Shown one piece after another: positions 38,847-48,013 of a stretch of 64,000 nucleotides of DNA; positions within the stretch are counted from its first letter, which is position 1; each line of letters starts with the position of its first letter. The notes below the pieces were generated by a model. The model worked only from the letters and a program-made list of their open reading frames with translations, ran no database searches and was not told the origin of the DNA. The translations under genes were made by a program, and so were the position numbers. The stretch is from a virus. The stretch covers positions 5,748 through 69,747 of the IMG/VR virus record IMGVR_UViG_3300044858_004394; one strand, given 5' to 3'.

Positions 38847-39800
38847 TCACGCCGCCTTCTTCTTTGCTTTTGCGGCGGGCCTGCGGACGGTCGGCCCGAG
38901 GTAGTCGTCATAGAGCTTCATGACTTTGTCTGAGTAGTTGAGTCCTAGCGAGAGGCCCGTTCGCGTCTCGGCAACGAACTCAAGCGGGTTCATCGTCGCG
39001 TAGACGCTGACCTCGCTGGCGATGAGCCTCGCCCTTTGCGCGTTCGTTCGGTTTCCGCCTTCCGTGGCCCCGTATCCGAATCGTGCGGTCGGCTCCCACG
39101 GATCGGTAGTTGGCCCATAATCGCCCGGATTGCCGCACCACGCTGCCCACACCTCTCTCCCCTTTTCGTCGCCGTACTGGTCTTGCACGGACATGTTGTG
39201 GTCGTGGTGCGACATCTCGTGGATCATTGGGCCGCCGTCCTCTTGCCCTTTGACGCCCGCCAGAAAGCGCTGCTCGACAGAGTCCCTCAGCGCCGCGATG
39301 TCATAGTCCGGGTCAAACCAAATTGTCTGCGTCCCAGAGTGGTATCCGGCCGGCGGGTTTCCGGGGATGTCCGCGATGACAAGCTTCTGCGGAATCCCGA
39401 TACCGACACGCTCAAGCTCCTCGATTCCGCGAGTGACCGCGTCCATCGAGTGCATCGTCGGCGGGTCGCTCTGGCCTGCGGTCCTGATGAATTCGATGCC
39501 CCGAGACGCGAGCCAGTCACTCACCTGCTCAAGGTGCGCAAGCCGCTGCTCCCTTGTGTGTCCCGTCAGCGTTCCGCGTGGGTCGCCCACAAGCGACCCC
39601 GGCGCGGCGGCAGGCTCCGGGGCCTTGGGCGGCGCTGGCCCGGCGGTGCCCTTATTCGCCGGTGAGCAGGAATTATCCGGTGGTGAAGCTCCGGGGCAGA
39701 AGGCCCGCGACTCGTCGTCCGGAGCAAGCCCGACAGCGGCGCTCGCCGCTGCCCAGTACTTCTCCTCAAAGTCTTTGTCGGTCGGCAAAACGTACGTCAC
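38847..39800 (-). CDS. Tagged effector: HExxH zincin-like peptidase
   Basis: HEMSH...VSVYATMNPLEFVAE; RAFCP tag. Confidence 0.7.
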   Translation of the reverse strand: MTYVLPTDKDFEEKYWAAASAAVGLAPDDESRAFCPGASPPDNSCSPANKGTAGPAPPKAPEPAAAPGSLVGDPRGTLTGHTREQRLAHLEQVSDWLASRGIEFIRTAGQSDPPTMHSMDAVTRGIEELERVGIGIPQKLVIADIPGNPPAGYHSGTQTIWFDPDYDIAALRDSVEQRFLAGVKGQEDGGPMIHEMSHHDHNMSVQDQYGDEKGREVWAAWCGNPGDYGPTTDPWEPTARFGYGATEGGNRTNAQRARLIASEVSVYATMNPLEFVAETRTGLSLGLNYSDKVMKLYDDYLGPTVRRPAAKAKKKAA

Positions 39801-39803
39801 GCG

Positions 39804-42800
39804 TCACGCTGCCTTCTTCTTCTGCGCCGTGACGCGAACCGGAGGGCCGAGATAGTCGTCATAGAGGTCAAGCACGCGCTGCGAGTACTCAAGGCCATAG
39901 GCGAGGCCAGCGCGAGTCTCGGCGACGAATTCAAGCGGAGTGACTGTCGCATATCGACTCACCTCGCTCGCGATGGCGATGGCCTCTTTCGGCGACACCC
40001 GGCGTCCGTCACGGTCAACTGAATTCGATGCCATTCGCGTTCCCGGCTCCCACGGGTTTTTCGTTGGGCCGAGGATACCGGGTCTGCCAATCCAATCGCG
40101 GCACTTCTCGACAGCGTCGTCCTTGCCCATCATGACCTTGAGCGCGGACACGTGTTCATGGTGGGCCATCTCGTGGACGATGGCGTTCCCGCCCTCGCTT
40201 CCGGGCACGCCGACCACGGCCTTGAGCAGCACCGCGTTTCGTATCGAATCGATACTCAGGTCTGGGTCGATATGCACCGTCTCCGCGACGATGTCATAGG
40301 CCGCCGGGGCGTTGTGGGGGTGTTCCTCAATGATGATCGTGCGAGGCACCTCCATGCCGTGCCGTTCGATAGCCTCCACGCCGTCCGTAAGGGCCTGCAT
40401 GGCCTGCATCGAAGGCGGGCCGTTGGCGTCGTCCTTCTGCTCAAGCGTGACGCCCTTGGCAGAGAGCCACGCAGCCACTTCGCCAAGGTGGTCATACCGC
40501 TGAAGCTTGGTGTGCCCCGTGACATCGCCGCGAGGGTCATCCGGCAGCGAACCCGGCTCGCGTGAGGGTTTGGGCTGTGCCGGCGGTCGAGCGCCGCCGC
40601 TGCCCTTATTGGAAGGGGAGCATGAGTTGTCCGGCGGAGAGGCGCCGGGGCAGAAGGCCCGAGAGACTCGCTGCGTCAGCCTTGGGGCTTGTCGAGCTTG
40701 CCGGCCATCGCCTTTTTGGCGAACTCCTGAAACGCCTCCGCCATCGCCTTGAAGTCCATCGCCGATCCAGCCGGAAAGTCGAAGCGAGCGAACTGCTTGG
40801 GCGCGGGGGCGCTTTCTGCTCGCTTCGTAGTCTTCGCGGCGGATTTCCCGCCTCTCATCGAGGTGCCAGATCGCGAGTTGGTTCGTTTCTTGCGCTGCAT
40901 CGATGGCCTCGTCTATGTCCTCAAAACGCTTCGATAGGTCGAAGTATACCTTGCCGGTGTTCGTATCAACCCAGCCGCCGAAGTGAAGGTTTTCGCTTTC
41001 TTCAAAAGCTGCCTTGTTCGCTTCGTAGAAGCCCCTGAACGCGGCCTCGTTTACCTGCTCATACGAATCATAAATCACCTCGGCTTCGGGTCGCACCGAA
41101 ACCATGTATCCGGTCGTCGGGCTTTGGGAGGTAACCGGATGAACCGAAAAGCCGCCCGTAGCCTTCATGTTGTCGAGCGCGGCCCGCGACACGGTGCCGA
41201 ACTCGACCTTCTTGCCTTTGCCCTTTACGGCTCCGGAAGCGGCCTTGTTCGCCCCAGCGCCAGCACTTCCGCCCCCGTCCCCCTTGTTCGCAGGCGCGCA
41301 AGAGTTGTCCGGCGGAGAGGCGCCGGGGCAGAAGGCCCGTTTCGCGGTACTCCCCCGCCGGCGGCCGGGCGGCGGCGGCACTTCGTCGAAAGCCCGCGAC
41401 CAAATCAGCATCTGTGCCGCAGCCGACGCCTCAGAGATGGAGTTTGTCTTCGGGTCGGGCTTGTACAGCCCGTGGCTGTTGTCCTTCGGACTGCCACGGT
41501 TTCCGTCATACGCCTGCCGCAGGTGGAACTGAAGCTCCGTCATGACGGAGCGGCCGGCTTGCGTCTGTAGCTCCATCGTCATGTGGACGGCGCCGTAGCC
41601 GGTTTCGCTCTTGTCCTCAAACCTGTTCTTGATCGACACAGCCATGCCCGCCTTCTCGGCCTGCTGCTGCACGGACCGCACGGCGTCGCCAAGTGCTTCC
41701 GGGGTGTCTGCGATCAGTGATCCGCGGACGGCGTCCTTGAGTTCGCGGTTGACGATTGTCGCGTCAGAAACTTCCGGGCCGAGGTTGTCTTCCTTGCGAA
41801 CCCGCGGCACTTTCCCTGCCAGCGACTCAGGAATCTTGAGCATGTGCGTTCCGAACGCATGCTCGCGAAGGTAGTCGTGTGCGGGGTTGTTTGGGTCTGC
41901 TTCTCCAAACGACGCTTCAACGCCCGCGTCCTTGGCGGCCTTCTCGACAATTTCCTTGTACTGCGGCACAACGTCGCGTGCGTCCGCAAGCAACTCATCG
42001 ACGGTTGTGGCTGAGTTGTTTGTCTCGCTCGACTTCTTGCTTGGAACGCCAACCCGCTCCGCAAGCTGTCGCTTTACATCAGCGTGGTGTGTTTGCAGCT
42101 TCGCGTAGTCGCGGGGCACAACGGCGCCTTTCGGAAACTCGTCCGACACAATCGCGCCGTCCACGTAGGAGCCGCCAGCCACCTTGTCTGCGTGCTTCTC
42201 AAGCGCCGGCACGCTGACATCGACAGCACGAACCCGCCCGCTGCTTCCGCTTCCGCCACTCCCGCCCTTGCCGCTGCCGCACGAGTTGTCCACGCCGCCG
42301 CCGGGGCCGGTGGGGCAGAAGGCGCGACTGCCGCGTCCCTTCATCAGCTTCTTGTAGTCGGCTTCGCCCATGACGCGAGCCGGCATGTCCTTGCCGAGAG
42401 CGCTGTACATGGCAACGCGGTGGTGCCCGTCCACGATATGAAGGTTGCCGTTGCCGTCGTCCCACAGCTTGGTGACGTAGCCTTCGCGAAACGGCTCGTC
42501 GCCTGACACGACCTTCTCAATCGGCGCCGTCTTCAGCGTCTCTTCGTTCGCCTTGAGCGTGGTCCCGGCGGGGATCGTCGTGACCGGCAGTTCGTTCCAC
42601 TTGTCGTCCGGAACCTCGCGAGCCTTCTCGACGACCTTCGCGTTCTCGGGCGAGTAGTCCATGCCGTACTCAGAGGCAAAGACACGGCCCGGACCGGCAT
42701 CACCGGAGTCCTTCGCAGAGCATGTGTTATCCACTCCGCCGCCGGGGCCTGTGGGGCAGAAGGCGCGAATGCTTCTGCTCGACTTGGTCGGCCTCTTCAG

Positions 42801-42866
42801 CATCATCGAAGCCGCTGCCCAGTACTCCTTGCGGCTGTTGTCGTCCGCGACAAATACGAAAGCCAT
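39804..42866 (-). CDS. Polyvalent protein: ParB-like + RelA/SpoT-like + unknown + HExxH peptidase domains, four RAFCP tags
   Basis: IVDGHHR; K.PES..GK, KDAVRG, GYGAVH, ELQFH, HGLY; GGFSVHP..GYMVS..FGGW; HEMAH..PLEFVAE. Confidence 0.75.
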   Translation of the reverse strand: MAFVFVADDNSRKEYWAAASMMLKRPTKSSRSIRAFCPTGPGGGVDNTCSAKDSGDAGPGRVFASEYGMDYSPENAKVVEKAREVPDDKWNELPVTTIPAGTTLKANEETLKTAPIEKVVSGDEPFREGYVTKLWDDGNGNLHIVDGHHRVAMYSALGKDMPARVMGEADYKKLMKGRGSRAFCPTGPGGGVDNSCGSGKGGSGGSGSSGRVRAVDVSVPALEKHADKVAGGSYVDGAIVSDEFPKGAVVPRDYAKLQTHHADVKRQLAERVGVPSKKSSETNNSATTVDELLADARDVVPQYKEIVEKAAKDAGVEASFGEADPNNPAHDYLREHAFGTHMLKIPESLAGKVPRVRKEDNLGPEVSDATIVNRELKDAVRGSLIADTPEALGDAVRSVQQQAEKAGMAVSIKNRFEDKSETGYGAVHMTMELQTQAGRSVMTELQFHLRQAYDGNRGSPKDNSHGLYKPDPKTNSISEASAAAQMLIWSRAFDEVPPPPGRRRGSTAKRAFCPGASPPDNSCAPANKGDGGGSAGAGANKAASGAVKGKGKKVEFGTVSRAALDNMKATGGFSVHPVTSQSPTTGYMVSVRPEAEVIYDSYEQVNEAAFRGFYEANKAAFEESENLHFGGWVDTNTGKVYFDLSKRFEDIDEAIDAAQETNQLAIWHLDERREIRREDYEASRKRPRAQAVRSLRLSGWIGDGLQGDGGGVSGVRQKGDGRQARQAPRLTQRVSRAFCPGASPPDNSCSPSNKGSGGARPPAQPKPSREPGSLPDDPRGDVTGHTKLQRYDHLGEVAAWLSAKGVTLEQKDDANGPPSMQAMQALTDGVEAIERHGMEVPRTIIIEEHPHNAPAAYDIVAETVHIDPDLSIDSIRNAVLLKAVVGVPGSEGGNAIVHEMAHHEHVSALKVMMGKDDAVEKCRDWIGRPGILGPTKNPWEPGTRMASNSVDRDGRRVSPKEAIAIASEVSRYATVTPLEFVAETRAGLAYGLEYSQRVLDLYDDYLGPPVRVTAQKKKAA

Positions 42867-45608
42867 CTACGCCGTCCTCCTGCGGGAGCCTCGACGCACG
42901 AGTTCTGCCGGCCCGCCGTAGTCGTCATAGAGCGACAGCACATCGTCGCCGTATGTGGCGCCGGCAGACTGCCCCGAAACGACCTCGGCCACGAACTCAA
43001 GCGGGTTTGTCGTCGCGTACTCGCTTACCTTTGCGGCAATGCTGCGAGCCTCGTCTGGGTCAACGGGCTTTCCGTCTTCGTTCAGCGCCGCGGAGCCGAA
43101 TCGCGCCGACTTTGTCCACGGGTCTTTTGTTGGAAATCCGTCGTCGTCCGGGTTTCCAAAGAGCATCCCCACTCGTTCGCTGGCTGCATTGTCAACGGCC
43201 TGCTCGTCCTTGCCTCTATAGAACGATGGAACTTTGTCGCGAATGCTTGCGATGTGCTGCTTGTGTGCAGACTCGTGAACAAGCACATCCGGCAACGCGT
43301 TGCTCGCAAACTGCCCCGGCTTTGCTTTGCCAAGACTTGAGATGTTGAAGTTAGGGTTGATCGCAATGGAGTTGTTCCACTGATAGAAGGCTGCCGCTGC
43401 TTTGGGCGGAAGGCCGTCATCAAAAATGATTGCTTCCGGCTTCGCCATTCCAAGCTCAACAATCTTCGGCACCCCCTCCGTGACCAACTGCATCGCGTGC
43501 ATTGAAGGTGGTAGCGGGTCAGCGAAGTCTCCGTACTCGACGAGCATGATCCCGTGGTGTTCCTTCAACCACTGTTCGACCTCTTTCGCGTAGGCAAGGC
43601 GCTGCTCCGCCGTGTGGCCGGTTAGCTTCCCTCGCGGGTCGTCGTCACCGACCGGGGTCTTCGACGGTTCCGGTGCGGCTGGCGGCCGTGGTGCTGAGTC
43701 TCCCTTGTTTGCTGGCGAGCATGTGTTGTCCGGAGGCGAGGCGCCGGGGCAGAACGCGCGTGAGTCCTGCGGGCCGCTCGTCGGCTGCTCTGGCGCACCC
43801 GGAGGCCCGCCGGGTCCGAATGGAGACTGGCCTTCCGGGGCGCCCGGAGGAGGTTGCTGCGGCGGCTGTTGCTGCTTCGCGCCGGCAATGATCGCTTGCG
43901 CCAGCGGCTGCGGCATCGTCGGGAAGACCGCCGTCACGATGGAGAGGGCAGCTTCCGGCGTGACCGCCCCTTGGGTCACCTGCCCGAGGATCGCAAGCAG
44001 CCCGCCAACGTCTGCCGTGGGCCGCTCCTGCGGCTGAGAGGGCGGATTGACGCCCGCCACGATCTGGCGTGTCGTGGCGTCCGGCAGGCCCGGATAGACG
44101 GAGCCAAGGGCCGCGACCGCGGCGTCCGGGGTCAGGCCGCCCTCCTTCACCTGCGCGAGGATTGTCACCAGCCCGCCGACCTCCGCCGCCGGACGATCTG
44201 CCGGCTGTTCGGTCGGCTTCTCCGGACCCGATACTCCCGCCACGATCTGAGAGGCAAGGTTCTCTGGCAGCGCCGGGAAGGCGGCGGCCATGATGCTCTT
44301 CGCCGCTTCCGGGGCGATTGAGCCGGCGGCGATCTGTGAAAGAACCGCTACTAGCTCGTTCACGCTCGCCGCAGGAGTCGGGGGCGGCGCCGGGGCAGGG
44401 GGCTGGTTCGCCGCCGCCTCCAGCGTCTGCATGTTTAGCGGCGTGAACCGGGTGTCGCCGCCCTCGACCGGATTCAGGTTCTCCCACGCCCGCAGTTCGT
44501 TGACCGAAGCAACGCCGAGGCCGTGAAGCGTCTGGTAGTAGCTGGCCCGCGCGGCGGCATCGCCTCGCATGAAGCCGCGTGTGTCGAATTCGGTGAAGTG
44601 AGTCGTGTCGCCGTCGCCAAACAGGTCGCGGTGAAACGCCGACTCAAACCGCCGCAACCACGGCAGGAGCGTGTGCTGCACAAAGTCGATACTTTGCTGC
44701 TCGATATTCGCGAACGTGCTTCGCGAAAGGTCACCCACCAAATGGGGGGGTACTCGGTAGAGTCGGCATACTTCCTCGATCTGAAACCGCCTCGTCTCAA
44801 GAAACTGCGATTCTTGGTTCGTGTTCCCGAATTCGACGGGCTTGAGTCCCCCGGTGAGTACAGCCGTTTTCTGCGCGCGGTCTGGGCCTCTATGAACGCG
44901 CTCCCAATTCACTCGCAGCGTCTCGGCCGCATCGACGGAGAGGTTGTTGTCGGTCGATAAAACAAGGCCCGGACGCGCGCCGTTCGCAAAGAAACTGGCG
45001 CCGTGAATCTCGCAGGCTCTGGCAAGCCCGATGGCGTCCTTCGCAAGCTCGATTGGAACCATGCCGTTGACTCCGTCGTTCGTGAGCCAACGGATGTGCA
45101 TGATCTGATCTTGCGAGTACGTCGTGAGCCGTCCGGTCTCCTCCTGATACGTGTATCGAATTGTTCCCGTTTCGATACTTTCAACCCGCATTCGACTCGG
45201 GTGAAGGGGAATGAGTTCGCGGACGATGTCCCGCTCGTCTCGCACGATCTCATTGAACGACTGGCCGTAGATGCCGAGGTGCAGCATCTGCATCTCGCGC
45301 CACTCAAAGCTCGTCTGCCACGCGTTCGGCTTGTCGTGCAAGACACGGTACAGCGGATGCTCGCGGGCGATGTCCTTCCCGCCGTTCGCGACCCTTCGAT
45401 ATACGTGGATTGGGAGTGTCGCGACCGATTCTGCGAGGACGCGAACGCAAGCCAATACAGTGGTGCTGTTGAGGGCCGTATTCGCGTCCACCCTGACGCC
45501 GGCCGGGTTGCGGCTTCCGCCGGTGAACGTGTTCGACTCATAGTCGAACAGTGAGCGCGCCTCATAGTCCGACGCCGGGAGCCACAGGATGCCCGTCTCT
45601 TGACTCAT
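42867..45608 (-). CDS. HK97-family portal protein with C-terminal extension (3 helical repeats + tag + HExxH peptidase)
   Basis: VLACVRVLAESVATLP, FFANGARP, QFLETRRFQIEEVCRLYRVPPHLVG, NIEQQS and NELRAWENL; then about 490 extra aa. Confidence 0.93.
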   Translation of the reverse strand: MSQETGILWLPASDYEARSLFDYESNTFTGGSRNPAGVRVDANTALNSTTVLACVRVLAESVATLPIHVYRRVANGGKDIAREHPLYRVLHDKPNAWQTSFEWREMQMLHLGIYGQSFNEIVRDERDIVRELIPLHPSRMRVESIETGTIRYTYQEETGRLTTYSQDQIMHIRWLTNDGVNGMVPIELAKDAIGLARACEIHGASFFANGARPGLVLSTDNNLSVDAAETLRVNWERVHRGPDRAQKTAVLTGGLKPVEFGNTNQESQFLETRRFQIEEVCRLYRVPPHLVGDLSRSTFANIEQQSIDFVQHTLLPWLRRFESAFHRDLFGDGDTTHFTEFDTRGFMRGDAAARASYYQTLHGLGVASVNELRAWENLNPVEGGDTRFTPLNMQTLEAAANQPPAPAPPPTPAASVNELVAVLSQIAAGSIAPEAAKSIMAAAFPALPENLASQIVAGVSGPEKPTEQPADRPAAEVGGLVTILAQVKEGGLTPDAAVAALGSVYPGLPDATTRQIVAGVNPPSQPQERPTADVGGLLAILGQVTQGAVTPEAALSIVTAVFPTMPQPLAQAIIAGAKQQQPPQQPPPGAPEGQSPFGPGGPPGAPEQPTSGPQDSRAFCPGASPPDNTCSPANKGDSAPRPPAAPEPSKTPVGDDDPRGKLTGHTAEQRLAYAKEVEQWLKEHHGIMLVEYGDFADPLPPSMHAMQLVTEGVPKIVELGMAKPEAIIFDDGLPPKAAAAFYQWNNSIAINPNFNISSLGKAKPGQFASNALPDVLVHESAHKQHIASIRDKVPSFYRGKDEQAVDNAASERVGMLFGNPDDDGFPTKDPWTKSARFGSAALNEDGKPVDPDEARSIAAKVSEYATTNPLEFVAEVVSGQSAGATYGDDVLSLYDDYGGPAELVRRGSRRRTA

Positions 45609-47235
45609 ATGATCAGGATTTCGGGGGTTTTCGTGGTCTGCGGCGAGGCTTCGTTCGTCATCCAGCAGCCGACCGCTTGGCACAGGGCGACGATTCCGTC
45701 GATCCTCTCAGTGCTTTTTGCCTTGCTCGGATAGATATTTCCAAACTTGTCCTCGGCCACGGCGGCGTTGTCGGCGCACCACGACAGAACCGGGTGGTTC
45801 GCGTGCCGTACTTTGCCGCCTTGGACAAGGTTCTCAAGCGCACGAGCCGGCCCAGTCATGGTGCGACCGCCTTGTGCAAATCCTCTCACATCCACCCCCT
45901 CCCCTTGCAGAGTGTTCGCCAGCATCTGCGCGTTGAACCTGATGTCCACTCCTAGCTGACGCACGCCGTACTTCTGGCAGATTTCCACGATGTCCCTGTG
46001 CAGGATCGTGTAGTCGGTAGTGTTCCCCTCCGTGGTCCGCAGGTGGCCGTCGCGTATCCACGCGTCATACGGCACCTTGTCCCGGTTGATCCGCTCTACG
46101 GCGTTCGCCTCCGGTATCCAGAAGAACGGCAGCACATCAATCGAGCCGTCGGTGGCGTCCGGGCAGACCAGCACCATCGCCGTCAGGTCATACGTGGTCG
46201 CGAGGTCGAGGCCGGCGTAGACGGGTCGGCCGTCGAACGGCCGCAGCGGCTGGTTCCCCAACTGCCACGTTTCGGGCTTGAACCAGCGATTATCTTGGGT
46301 CGTCCAGACGTTGAGCCTGTAACGCAAAAAAGAGTTGAGCTTGGTCGGACTCCGCTCGGCCTCTCTGGCATCCGCGGCAAATGACTCGACGGTGATCGTC
46401 TCGCCGAGGCTTGGGTTCGCCATCCTCCAAACCCGCTCCTCTTTCCACGATCCGTCGGTCGCGCAGTCCTGCGGCGCAGCGTAGATCAGCGGGTAGAACG
46501 ACGGATCGAACTCCGGATCGGCAAGGCACCTTTCCGCGTACTGGTGCTGCTCCCAGCAAATCGACCGGCGATCAAACCCGGCCGTGGAGATGGACAGGAG
46601 AAGCGGCTGCTTCCTCGCGGCGCCGCCGTAACGGAGTGCGTCCCATAAACGGCGGTCGCGTTGTGCGTGCAGGTTTTTCTGGGTCGCCCCCCCCCGCCGC
46701 TTGGCCGGGGGGCGCAACCCAGTTCGTCGAATAAGAGGGCATGTATGTTCAAGCCCTCCGCCCTGAATGCGTCAGCGCTAAGTACGCGATAGAAAGAATT
46801 ACTCCTGCGATGAAGGATCGTTTTGCGACTGTCGATGACCTCTAGCTGCTTCGACAGAGCAGGGGAGGCTCGCACCATCGCGGCGGCCTCTCTGTAGATA
46901 ATTCCCGCTTGCTCACGGTCACTCGCCGCACCGTAGCACTCACAGCCCGCTTCAGAATCAGCGACGAGCATGTAGAGCGCAATTCCGGCAAGCGTGGTCG
47001 ATTTTCCTTGTTTTTTCGGGACTTCGATGTAGGCAGTTCTGTACTTGCGAACGCCCGTGGCGGGATTCTTTCTTCCGAAAAGCTCGCGGAGCATCTTCCG
47101 CTGCCAGTCCATGAGATAGAACGGCTGGCCGGCGAGGTCGCCCTTGGAGTGCCGAAGCATCTCCTCAAAGAAGCGGCACACGCGGTTGGCGGCGGCAGGG
47201 TCGAAGTCGCCGCCTTCGTCGTCAAGCGTTTCGCT
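45605..47235 (-). CDS. terL: Terminase large subunit, split by a 50-nt insert at 46670-46719 (start approximate)
   Basis: VPKKQGKST (Walker A), LLFDEL|HAQ (Walker B), ISTAG, GLDLA and RIDGIVA; the two halves are in different frames. Confidence 0.9.
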
Positions 47236-47704
47236 TGAGGAAGTCGTCAAGCTCGTCTTGTTGCTGCGATTGCGAGGCACTCAAGCCGCTCCGTGACGAT
47301 GGAGTCAAGCCAAACTCTTGCTCGATGCGGAGCATCGAAGCCGCGAGCTTCGCCATCATGGTCGCCGCCGGCGTGGATTGCATGTACTTCACCTTGCCGG
47401 AGTCATCACGAATAACAAGAACGTCAAGCCCGCGACGGACCTGATCAAGGTATTTCAGGTACTGCTCGTGCATGGAGCAGTAGCGGGCAACGGTGTCGAT
47501 GTCGGCGTTCGTCATGACGCCCATGCCGAGAAGCTTCGGGACAAGCTCGTTCCACTTGTCCAGAGATTTGCCGGTCACCCAGTCGGGCGGTGAGATGCCG
47601 TCACTGGCCGGCTTCGGCTCGTTGTGGTTGATCGCCCTTTTGCCGGGGTTGCCTTTGGCGATCTTCAGAATCGTCGGCTCTGGCCGACGGCCTCGCTTGC
47701 CCAT
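47222..47704 (-). CDS. terS: Terminase small subunit, P27 family
   Basis: MGKRGRRPEPT...GNPGKR...EFGLTPSSR. Confidence 0.92.
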   Translation of the reverse strand: MGKRGRRPEPTILKIAKGNPGKRAINHNEPKPASDGISPPDWVTGKSLDKWNELVPKLLGMGVMTNADIDTVARYCSMHEQYLKYLDQVRRGLDVLVIRDDSGKVKYMQSTPAATMMAKLAASMLRIEQEFGLTPSSRSGLSASQSQQQDELDDFLKRNA

Positions 47705-47724
47705 GAAGCCTCCGTGTTGTGGGC

Positions 47725-47931
47725 TTACTTTTCGGCCTTGGGTCGCCCGCGGGAACTCCGCTCAAATGTCTCGGCATCCTTGCGGTAGACGAACCACTGG
47801 CCCTCGATGCTGAACGCTCGCACCTTCCCGCTTTTGGCGAGCCTTCTCATCCATTCTCTGTGAACATCCGCGATACTTGCAGCCGTGTGGATTGACACCC
47901 ACTGATCCGGGTCGAACGATTTCATTTTCAT
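47725..47931 (-). CDS. Small HTH (excisionase-like) protein
   Basis: WVSIHTAASIADVHREWMRRLAKSGKV...GRP. Confidence 0.7.
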   Translation of the reverse strand: MKMKSFDPDQWVSIHTAASIADVHREWMRRLAKSGKVRAFSIEGQWFVYRKDAETFERSSRGRPKAEK

Positions 47932-48013
47932 AGTAAGCCCTCCTAATGATTGTACGCGGTCGCCGCTGTACGCGACTGCTAATATATCCACTACGCAAGC
48001 AAAGGGTCATCCG

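Larger units (their letters stand above)
37692..43760 (-). repeat. Dispersed RAFCP(GASPP|TGxGGGV)DN(S/T)C peptide repeat, 8 copies
   Basis: Copies at 43719-43760, 42720-42767, 42279-42326, 41298-41339, 40620-40661, 39666-39707, 38706-38747 and 37692-37739. Confidence 0.95.

Noticed and set aside
37692-43760. Diversity-generating retroelement TR/VR pair
   Set aside because: No reverse transcriptase seen; repeat differences are largely synonymous and not adenine-specific
46670-46722. Group I/II intron or intein in terL
   Set aside because: 50 nt is far too short for a self-splicing intron, and it is not a multiple of three, so not an intein
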